Assembly: GCA_950097015.1 (NCBI GenBank)
Contig: CATNEN010000025.1
Location: forward strand, 1,922,001-1,986,000
DNA: 64,000 nucleotides
Direction: 5' to 3'
Source: Macrostomum hystrix
Taxonomy: Eukaryota; Animalia; Platyhelminthes
Shown here: piece by piece, positions 12,672 through 24,600 of the stretch
Numbering within the stretch: position 1 is the first letter of the stretch
Layout: each line of letters starts with the position of its first letter
The notes under the pieces: generated by a model
Databases searched by the model: none
What the model was told of the DNA's origin: nothing
The model's input: only the letters and a program-made list of their open reading frames with translations
Position numbers and translations under genes: made by a program

Positions 12672-15600
12672 GCCAGCTACAAGTCCAGCGTTGGCGGCGG
12701 TCTTCGCGATCGCAGGGCAGGCGCCGTCAAGAAGCCCAACTTCATCACTCCTGGCGGCTCCCGTTTGTCCGATCTGGACGACGACGAACTGGTTGAGACG
12801 CTGCGGTCGACAGCGGCTGACGTAGCCGCCAGGGGCCGGAAGAAGACGGACAAGAAGACCGGCAGGAAGGAGGATCGTGCCCGAGTCGGCATCCTGTTCA
12901 AACTGACCATCTGTCAGCACTTTCTATTGCTGTTTGGCATGCTAGCCTTGGGATTTGTTGCTATGCTGGTGTTACTGCCTAATCCTATCGAGCCGGTGGC
13001 CTATCAGCTGCCGCCTCAGCCGCCTCCGATTGGTCCGCTGACGCCCAATGAGAAGCTGGCTAGCTCTAGGAAGCTGCTAGTTGGATCTGTTCGCGGCCCC
13101 GAGAGCTTCGCGTTTGTTGGCCAGCATCTGTTTACGGGAACAATCGATGGACGAATCGTGCGGGTGCATCTGGCTTCTGAACAGCAGGTGAGTCAGCTGG
13201 GCCGTTCTGCTCTGGGATGCTTTTTGAGACCCATTTTAAGGAACTCTAAACTGGGATTTGGTTCCGATGGAATAAAATGTTTAGTGGTTTCTTCTTAGAC
13301 ACTAGCGTCTCTAGGTTACAATTCTTAGGATGAGATTTCGGAGCTATGTATTCTAAGAATGAGATTTCGGAGCTATGGATTCCAAGAATGAGATTTCGGA
13401 GCTATGGATTCCAGGAATGAGATTTCGGAGCTATGGACTCCAAGAATGAGATTTCCGAGCTATGGATTCCAAGAATGAGATTTCGGAGCTATGGATTCCA
13501 AGAATGAGATTTCGGAGCTATGGATTCCAAGAATGAGACTTTGGGCCTATGGATTCTAAGAATGAGACTTTGGGCCTATGAATTCTAAGAATGAGATTTT
13601 GGGGCCAATGGATTCTAAGAACGAGATTTTTGGCCTATGGATTCTTCAGGTGAGATTTCGGAGCTATTGATTCTAAGAATGAGACTTTAGGCCTATGGTT
13701 CTAAGAATGAGATTTCGGAGCTATGGATTCTAAGAATGAGATTTTGGGCCAATAGATTCTAAGAATGAGATTTTGGGCCTATGGATTCTTCGGGTGAAAT
13801 TTCGGAGCTATTGATTCTAAGAATGAGACTTTGGACCTATGGACTCTAAGAATGAGACTTTGGTGCCAATGGATTCTAAGAATGATATTTCCGAGCTATG
13901 GATTCTAAGAATGAGATTTTAAGCCAATGGATTCTAAGAATGAGATTTTTGGCCTATGGATTCTTCGGGTGAAATTTCGGAGCTATTGATTCTAAGAATG
14001 AGACTTTGGACCTATGGACTCTAAGAATGAGACTTTGGTGCCAATGAATTCTAAGAATGAGATTTCCGAGCTATGGATTCCAAGAATGAGATTTCGGAGC
14101 TATGGATTCCAAGAATGAGATTTCGGAGCTATGGATTCCAAGAATGAGACTTTGGGCCTATGGATTCTAAGAATGAGACTTTAGGCCTATGAATTCTAAG
14201 AATGAGATTTTGGGGCCAATGGATTCTAAGAACGAGATTTTTGGCCTATGGATTCTTCAGGTGAGATTTCGGAGCTATTGATTCTAAGAATGAGACTTTG
14301 GGCCTATGGATTCTAAGAATGAGATTTCGGAGCTATGGATTCTAAGAATGAGATTTTGGGCCAATGGATTCTAAGAATGAGATTTTGGGCCTATGGATTC
14401 TTCGGGTGAAATTTCGGAGCTATTGATTCTAAGAATGAGACTTTGGACCTATGGACTCTAAGAATGAGACTTTGGTGCCAATGGATTCTAAGAATGAGAT
14501 TTTGGGCCTATGGATTTTAAGAATGAGATTTCGGGCTATTGATTCTAAGAAAGAGACTTTGGGCCTATGGATTCTAAGAATGAGATTTTGGGGTTACGGA
14601 TTCTTAGAATGGGATTTTGGCGCTATGGATTCTTCGGGTGAGATTTTAGAACTATTGTCTCTAAGGGGGAGATTTCGGAACTACTAATTCTTAGGGTGAG
14701 ATTACGGAGCCTTTGGACCTAAGATTATAGTCTAAGATATAACTAAAAAGTATTATGTATCTTACTTTCGAAATCTGACAATGGAAATCGATATACGAGT
14801 ATAACTGACAATGGGAATTAATATATACCTGAAAAATGGGAAACGATATTCAACTGACAATGGGTATCAATATATGCCTGACAATGGGTATTGATATATA
14901 CCTGACAATGGGAATCAATATACACCTGACAATGGATATCGGTTCCCATTCTGCTATTCTCCGGGTGAGATTTAATCCCTACTTTGAGAACAAAGTCTCG
15001 CCCTTCGCCGCATCTCAACAGGAGCTGTGGGTTCGTTTCGGTCCCGCTAACTGCTCATCCAGCAAGGCCTTCTCACCGATGCTGTGCGGCCGGCCGCTCG
15101 GCATGCGGCGTCACCCTAGCAACCAGTCGCGCCTGCTAGTTGCAGACGCCTATCTGGGCCTGATGGATGTCAACATTGAGACTCGCAGCTTCCAGCCTTT
15201 GATTAGCCGGTCGCATCCTGTTGGTGTCACCTTCTTCGACGATTTGGACGTGACGGCTGACGAAATTGTGTTCATATCGGAGGCGTCTACTAGATTCCCT
15301 CTACACCAGCTGATGCTTCAGGTGAGCCTGGCATTGCTGTGTGCTGTGACAGACTGGGCCATTGTTATCAGCTGTGACACTAGGACAAAGCTCATTGTTA
15401 TCAATTGTGATTGACTTGGACAAATAGTCAAAATCAATTGTTATCAACTGTCACAGTAGACTAGGACATAGACCATTGTTATTACTTTGACTCATTGGGA
15501 CAAAGGACATTGTTATCAACTTTGTTATCAAGACCAGAACAAAGAATCAGATTGTTATTGTCTGTAACGTGACAGACTGGGACAAAGACCAGAATCAATT

Positions 15601-18600
15601 TGTTATTGTCTGTGTCAGACTGGGACAAAGACGACAAATTTTTTTCACTGTCTGACTGACCCCACTGAAAAAAACCCTAGGGGCCCCCTCTGGGCTGAGC
15701 GGGACAGTGAAGTAGTGAAAAAATGACGCACTGTATTCCTATGAGAACGAAACAAAATTACAAATTACGCAAACCGTAACCCTAACCCTAACCACTTTTT
15801 CCTTTTTGTCTGTATGTCTTGCCATCAAAAACCTATATTATAGCCTTGTAAATGGCTCTTATGGACTCAGGATACAGCAATAGCAATTTTATATTGAATT
15901 CTATATGTAAAAGCAATTAAATAGCAAGATCGAAAAGCAAAAGCAAAAATGTAAGAATCCTTTTTTAATACAAGCAGCATGAATGAATGTATTAAGCAAT
16001 AGTAAATGCCTAAGTTAGTACTAATTAGCTAAAAGTGATGACATTATGTGCTCGAATATATCAAGCAAATAATACACTATTTGGCAAAATCCTTTGTCTA
16101 CAAAGCTTCTGAACTTGAAATATGACGCGTCAGAAATCAGAGGTTATTAACGATTTCGTCAGATATCACCTTGTCAAAGTTTTTTTCAAAATCAAGGCAA
16201 AGCAGCTTGCGTCATTTTTCAAAATGAATTGAACATGACGCGTCAGATTTCATCCAATCGAATTTTTCTTCAGAATTCAATTGGTAACATACTATTATAA
16301 ATTCATATACAAAAGTACTACTGCAAGTAACTTGATATTAAGGTCCAGCAGTGCTTGCGTCATTTTTCAAAATGAATTAAACATGATGCGTCAGACTTCA
16401 TCCAATTGAATTTTTCTTCAGAATTCAATTGGTAACATACTATTATAAATGTATATACAATAGTACTAATGCAAGTAACTTGCTATTAAGGTCCAGCAGT
16501 GCTTGCGTCATTTTTCAAAATGAATTAAACATGATGCGTCAGACTTCATCCAATTGAATTTTTCTTCAGAATTCAATTGGTAACATACTATTATAAATGT
16601 ATATACAATAGTACTACTGCAAGTAACTTGATATTAAGGTCCAGCAGTGCTTGCGTCATTTTTCAAAATGAATTAAACATGATGCGTCAGACTTCATCCA
16701 ATTGAATTTTCCTTCAGAATTCAATTCGTAACATACTCGTACTATTATAAATTCATATACAATAATACTACTGCTAGTAATTTACCAGCTAGGATTTGTA
16801 ATAATTGCAAAAATCTGTAATAAGGAGTGTATTACATGTCTGCTAAATACAGGAAACGTAACATGTCGAATTTCCTGGAATCCAAATTCTGCTTTCATCA
16901 CTAGTCTTTCAGAATACGAGTAGCTTACAAGCTTTCCACAACTTCGTAGAGTACTACATGTTAGATGTATGTATATACATCTACATGTATATGTATCCTT
17001 AAGCAATCAGTGTCCTACACATGCCCACAGTTCTTCTGTGGGCATGTCTTCCAGGCCTTCCGCTTCAATGAGTCCTAAATATGTTGATTTCAGGTACTCA
17101 CCGAATCGAGTTAGTGCCGTTACATAAGGCTTGCAAGGATCGGCATGCGCATTGCTCTTTTCAGTCAAAAAAGAGGTGATTCTAGTTCGGTTTGCCTCTT
17201 TGATAAGATCCAAAATACTTTCTGCTTGAATGTGATTCAGAACTGCATTTAAGGCCCTTCTTAGTCCCAAAGCGGTGCTTCCTGCGTTCTTTGCTCCGGC
17301 GTAGCCTTGCAAATGTTCTTCGAAGTGCTTGATTGTTGGAAACTCAGGTGGAGCAGCTACCGGTGCTTTGTTCTGAGATGCTTGAATTTTCTTTTGCTGC
17401 CAAGACTGCTCTACGTGGTAGAAAGCCTTCTGCTTTTTTTCGTCCAACATCAACTTCTGTGACTCCTCCTTTGACAATTTATGCCAATTAGCAAGATGGC
17501 TAGCAAGGTATGCAAACGGAACGTTGCATATTGGACAAGGACGACCAGCTGTGCCAGTTGAGACAATTGGCTGATTGTACTCTTTTGTCTCGTCAATGCA
17601 AAACTTTGCGCCCTTTTCGGCAAATTTTTCAGGATGACGACGCTGAAAATGCTCAGAAAATCGTGAGTTTTTTATGACGAATATTTCGCAATAAGGGCAA
17701 ACGTAATCACTGCCCTGTCTGTCTTGACAGTTTGTCTTGTCGGCAAGTTTTTTGGCACCACTTCAACGATGTCGACAGTCGACTGAATCGACTGATGTCG
17801 TGCCTTGTTGAAAGCATACAACTCATCTCGGATGTCTTTCTTTGACTTTAAGAGGGTCTCCTCAAAGTGATAGCGCTGAAAGTGCTCTGCAATTCGTGAA
17901 CCCACAATGACATGTTTGGTAGGGTCCAGATAGCAGACGAATTGAGTAGTAGCTTTAGTCGTAGAACATCCTGAATCGCCTTCGGATAAGACACACTCAT
18001 TCTGTTGATTGACAAACCGAATTACGTTCTCTTCATCGACTGTTGCCGAGGACTCCATCATGGAAAGTAGAAACGGAAAATTATAATCATCATTCACCAG
18101 CTCTTGCAGCAAACTTGAAGCAAGAGCATCATCATTTTCGGACAGGTTGATACCAGAAGCAGCTACAGACAGCTCGTCACATCAGTTCAGAAACATTCAG
18201 TATATTACAAGTATATATTTTACGAGTCCAGATGCAAAGATCCTTCATTGATAGTTTACTACACTTATTGGCTCATTGTTGTCTATGATATAAATACAAG
18301 TGACTAGCCCATAGAATTCTAAGCATTAGCATGCTAAGGCAAAGCGAAGCAAAGCAAAAAGACAAATAATATGCATAGTAGACTACATTTATGCCTTACG
18401 ACGAGTAACATGAACCGCTAAACAGGATTAGATGACAATGGGAACAAAACAAATTCAGATTCAACAGGAAAGAGGATAGCCTTCCCTTGAGGAACACCAG
18501 AAATTGATCGTCGCGACAAAGCATAACAACCAACAAACAAATTTCCGGATGGATATGGATGCACATACAAATCACGCGAAAAATCAAAACTACACCAGAA

Positions 18601-21600
18601 ACTGAGTTGGAAGTGACATTTTTAGCAAAATAAATTGACCATTAACAAATGCACAGTTATCCGGAGGCTTGGGAGAGAACTTGAAAGGACATATAGATTT
18701 GTCATCTTTACTTGCTAAAAGCTCTCGGATTAGCATAAGCTGATTACTGACATGCTTAAAAACACCTCGTGTCTGTCGGACACGCCTCTTAAGAACACCA
18801 AGGTGTTTTCAAACTGAAAAGCAGAAAATGAATCAACTGAGCCATACAACTTAACAAACTCATACAAATGCAGCAATACATGACAGTTGTACACTGTAAT
18901 TCCTAAAGGTCCGAAGAAGGGTCCGGGAAAGGTCCATCGTGGAGGGTCCGGAGCGTCGAAATAACGGACCATGAAAGGTCCGTATTTTGATGGGTCCGTA
19001 TTGTAAAGTCCGTATTGCAAGGTCCGTATTTTGAAAGGTCCGTATTTTGAAAGGTCCCTATTGCAAAGTCCATATTTTTCAGATGTCCACATTATGGGTC
19101 CGAAATATAAAAACGATTACACCCCAAAATGTATTCACTTGATCTGCAAGACACAAAATACCCACTATTATAGGTATGAATTTTATGAATTTCCTTACCT
19201 GTAAAATTGTTCCCAATTACATTATGTGAGGCATACAATGTTGTCAGTCATTGCTCAATTTAAGAAAAGTAAGAAGTTAAGCATTCGTAATCAACAATCG
19301 CATGTTTATGAAGGATGTTAACCAATTTAAATTATTTTTTTCATGGTATATAAAGATTGATCCTAAAATATTTATTGTTGTAGTACAAAAACAGTGGTAA
19401 TAATAATATTTAGTAATTATTTGTTGCACATTACACATTGCGAATAAGTGTTTGCTTTGGTCACTCAAAGAGTGAAGTTGAATATACAGACTAAAAAGCA
19501 CAAACTAAATACACAGGGCAATAAATAAGCAGCCAACATCGCCGTGACCCTCTGATGACAGATAACACTATGATTATGATTGTGAATATGAAAATAAATA
19601 TTGTGATTGTGATTAGGCTTGTGATTACGATTAATTCACAGTCATATTCAATCGTACTAACATGAAAATGAATATAATTATTATAAAAATGAAAATGATT
19701 ACAATAGTCATGTCTAGGCGTTATATAATCATCTAACGAAGTGCATCCAAAATAGCTACTGCAGCCTTGCGGACGGCTTTCTTGCGAAGGCCCGACAGCA
19801 CTTCGATTACCTCCAGAAACGCCTCTAGGGCAGGGAGGTGCTGGAGGTTGAACGCGATGAAGACAATTACAAATGCAATTATCGAGTCAGTAACACTGTC
19901 GAATGGGATGCTCGCACCGTTGACGAAAACGCCGCACCATTTTCCATCCTCTGTCAGAATTCTGACTGGCAGTGCGTCGCGAAGAATAATAGACGGGTCG
20001 ACTCGCAACCGACCGAGAAGAAGAAAGACAGCCACAAGGCAGCTTGTCCTCCTCTGAAACAACTGGCAATTCCACATAATCCTTGCACAGCTTGAAATTT
20101 TTTAGCAACTGCCTTTTACTGTACACAAGCAACAAGGCGTTAATAATCCTGCTTCTCATTTCCGATGGACTTGGTAGAAGTACATAGTCAGTTTTGCTTC
20201 TGTTGTATGTCTGGATCATGAGATACGCCTCCTGCTGCAGTACTGCGATGTTTACCAGTGGCGCATATAAGGCAATTTCGTCACTAACCGTCAAATCTTG
20301 GCACCGCAATATTCGAATCGGAAACAGAGCCTGCATTTCGTTGAGAACGTCTGATATTGAAGAGTCATGATGAGTCTCGTTCAATCTCGTTCGACGAGCT
20401 TCGTGTGACGGTGGTACATCGGTATCGAACTCGCCGAAGTCAACGCTCTTCGCCATTGCACTGCCAGCATCGTCTGCATCACTATCATCATCGCCTTCTT
20501 CTTCGATCAGATCTTCGTCGTCGTTGATACGCTGCTTGTTGGCTCTTTTAGCACTTGAAGCTATAATTTGATTGTCGTCATCATCTTCCTGGCCTTCAAC
20601 TTCCTTGTACTGCCGTTTATGCCTTTGGCTCACAGTAACCGCACTTGGGCCTGCAGCAGCTGCAGCAGCATTTGGTAGAATTATACGCCGATGACCAAGT
20701 CGACCATGCTTCCGTCGCATCTCCTGAACCGTTGGGCTGCTCTTGTCGACAAAGTCGCCAACGAACCGGAGCTCTTTGAAACGCCGAATAAGCTTTTGGC
20801 GCCAAAAGCTTGAGCTCCCACTTAATGAGGTGTCCTTCAGTCCAGGATACGAAGTTACTATGGAAGTGCACACATCTGTTATCTGGCTAGATGACAGGTA
20901 TGGTTCATTTGGCGACAGATAGTTCAAACAGATGTGATCGACGATGAATTTAAGGAACTTGTTGACAAACGTCGCGTTCATTTTTAAATCGGAACCCTTT
21001 TCGGGGTGCATTCGTAGATCACGAAGGGCGTTGGCGAGATCGTCCAATCGTGGAAGCGAGTACACTTCGGGCCATGGAAGTGTAGTTGCAGCCGTAGCTG
21101 CTACAGCTGGATTTGGACTCAGAGCCTGTGTGCCTCGACTCGGTGTTGTGGCAATCTCGACATTGCGTATTTCGCTTTGCTGCCTTGGTGTAGTTGAAGG
21201 TTCTACAGGGCATGCACCGCAGCTTGGAAGCAACTCTCCAGAAAGAAGGAAGTACACAGTTCTACATTCCTTTGCCACCTCGGATATTAAATCCTCGTCG
21301 TCGATTTCGAAACCGTTAGAAGTGACAATGCGAACATTTTCAACATCTGCAATGTCCAATTTTAAACAACCTTTGATGCGAAGGTCCGCCAAGGTCAGGC
21401 CAGAAGCTGGAAGGAGCTTCTTGCGCTCCTCTGAGCCGTTGCAGATTCGAAGCTGAAATAAGGTATGATGTGCACAACCTCAATCAGAATACATCTGGTA
21501 AGACACAGATAAAATGAATTTATAAAGCCAAGGAATTTTTGTTCATTATGATTTTTCGGCTTTTGTCCTTGGCTTGACTTAATGTAGTAGTAGTAGTAGT

Positions 21601-24600
21601 AGTAGTTAATTGGCTTGGGCAAGTAGTGCCCGTTATGTTAATGGAGTGTATTTAATTAGATATGAATAACTTAGTGTTAACAAAAGTTGTCAATAATGGA
21701 CAATACAATTTAAACAGTAGAAGTTTTTGCATTAGATCAATGCCTTTAAGTTGCTGTGAGATGGCTTTCTTCCAAGGATCAATTGGATTGCCATTGTTGT
21801 TAAAGAGACTAGTGGTAGTAGAGTTAGCTTTAAATAAGTTTTAACCAGAAGAGGAGGTACCTTTTCTTAATGATTTCAGAAATAGGAAGAATGTTGAGTT
21901 CATTGAGTATGACTTTATTGCTTGTATGTATGCTCTGGTAGATTAAGAATTTAAGGAGAGACTTATAGAATTTCAATTGAATATTATCCAGATCCTTAAT
22001 TTTTGATTGCCTGGCCAGTGGACCCCATACCTTGCAGCCATAAGTAATGACTGTGACAACAAGAGTCTGGAAAAGGTGCTTAATAAGTAAAATAGTAAGT
22101 ATTTGTTGCTTTTTTCTGAGCAATCTTCACTCTTCAATACTGAAAGCTGAAGCTTCAACAAGCTTAGACAGAGGATGAACCCATTTTAGGCAAGAAATGG
22201 TTCGAAAACCTGCACCATCTACATAGAACTAGCCTAGTCAAGGAAGGGCAAGCCGACCTATCATAAAAAGGTTAGACACCTATAGGCCAGAAATCTATGT
22301 AAGGTGGAGAGCACAGTTCCTTGTGCTAGAGGCAAGGTGGCCCTTGTAATAAATTGTTATTTTATCAAGTGCAAGTGTATGCCATATTGTTATATGCTTA
22401 CATTTATCTAAAATGATACCCACTAAGATTGTAGATTATTGATCAATGTTTTGGCAATGTAGCATTGGATAATATTTTAAAGAAAGAAAAAGTTTCCCTT
22501 GATACATTAAAAATGGAATTGGCTGATGAAAAAAGTGCTGAGTAGGTTCAATAAATACTAAATGGTCATTATTCACAGTGCATATAAAACTGCTATAATG
22601 ACAAGAAAATTTAGCATTCACTATTTTACAAATAATTATCCACTTGTTGGAAAGTTGAATAATATGGCTAATTAATGCTAAAGCAATTCCAGTTGGTTCT
22701 AAAATTGGCAAACAATAACGGTAATTTAATGTTGGAGTCCGATATACAAACCCCTGATATTTTAGTTCATTAGTAGAAAGACAAATAGTGCCAATAATTG
22801 AGTCTGTATCTAAATTCATGTTGTTCATAACACAGTTTTTTCATCTATTGTCAATAGCATATTTAAGCTTATAGGATTTATATTATGGCTCTTAATTGTA
22901 CCTGTTTCATAGTGCTTAATGATAAGTGCCTTTTGAATTTGATATTGTTTTGCACATGTATAGGCAGGATTTTTGAAATTTCTTGCATGCCTATTTATAT
23001 TCTTAAGCAATTGATGATGAGCTTCACCTCGCATACACCATAAGTATTTAAGACCACTATAATAGTGATAAAACTCAGGATAGTGACATATATAATGCAA
23101 TTTACATTTATATTTAGGATTGAAGCCCGTGTTTCTATATATTAATTCTAATTGGCCAGAAATAAGAGATTGAAAATATTCTAAGTTTATGCTACTATCA
23201 TATGGGGACAAAATTATGTCAAGAAACTGCCTGTGACAATTAAATAATATCCAAATATCATCATCCAACTCAAAAAAAATGTCCAAATAAAAGTCCAAAG
23301 TATTGTAGAATAACAATTATTTGATTAGAAGTACATGGTAGAAGATAATTTTGTAAGTGATATTTATTTATTGTAGGAATACTTACTTCTTTAATCAAAT
23401 TTAGTTGATTGTTTATATAGTCTATACTAATATTATGATTTTGAATAATACTTAATAGAATAATACATATAACAACATATAACAACCCTTCAAACACATC
23501 ATGCATTATATCAGGGGGGAAATATTGAAAGTTAATATATGCTACACTTCTAAACACAGATGGTGAAATTAAACCATTACTTAAGGATTTAAAATCTTCA
23601 ATATATGATGAATTATCTCGATATTCAAATAGGAATAATGTACTTAATTCTTCTAATCTAATGCTACAAAGCTGTTTATAACCTATAAAACAAAATCTAC
23701 AAATATAGCCTTTCTCGCTGTGCGGTATTTATTTGCCCTAATTTCTATGTTTCGTAATTTTGGTCTCACGTGAGTAACGTGTTACCTATGGTAGCTGAAT
23801 GTGCCCGAGCGGTAAGGCACTCCCTAATATTCTAATTCCAGTCTTTCGGGGCTTTACGCGGTGGATTGAAGTTGCCAGTAGTCACGATCAGTAGACTGGA
23901 GGGGTGGGAATTCCTTCTTAATACAATCGGGAATCGTATATTTATATCTTACTGATCATACATTACGTATGATTTTTAATATAGTTATCTGTCTTGAGTA
24001 CTACACTCTAAACAGTAAGGCAATACGCCTTAATTATATCAACAATACGTTGATATATCCTAAGTAAAGACAATACGTCTTAACCAAATCAACAATACGT
24101 TGATATATCCTAAATAAAGACAATACGTCTTAGCTAAATCAACAATACGTTGATATATCCTAAATAAAGACAATACGTCTTAATTAAATCAACAATACGT
24201 TGATATCAATTAATTTAGAACTAGTACAGTTCAAATCCTTGTTCAAAAAATAAACACGAAGACACTAGTTAAATGGCTTTCTATATTGAATAGTATTATC
24301 GTCAAAGACAAGGTTATATTTTTGGAGACCTAAAACAGCGGCTATTTATACAAAAAGATTGGGGTGGCGGAGAAAATTAAAACAAATATCGTAACTAAAT
24401 TCCTTTTTAAACGAGAAGACTAATTATTACATGAAAAATAAAAGCATTTAATATACTAATAGAATACATTTTGTAATGTGATTTGTTGACAAAATTTATT
24501 TACATGGAAAAATTTAAAACAATAATAATAAAATTCTAAAACGATACTAATAAATTTCTAACTATCTCAGATAAAAGTAAACAAAATTTTCAGCAAGATG

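Noticed and set aside
15640-15722. Outer TE terminus (CACTGAAAAAAA) or Polinton AGTAGT end
   Set aside because: Only local short inverted repeats are present; no matching end was found between 27000 and 30170.
15774-15794. Telomere-like CCCTAA repeats
   Set aside because: Only 2-3 units, within chance or TE-internal expectation.
16200-16790. CRISPR-like arrays (this and other regular repeats)
   Set aside because: Units are contiguous with no unique spacers, there are no cas genes, and the context is eukaryotic.
23779-24395. Solo LTR (GTTAC..GTAAC ends)
   Set aside because: TATA and AATAAA lie on opposite strands, and no TSD or primer-binding site could be confirmed.
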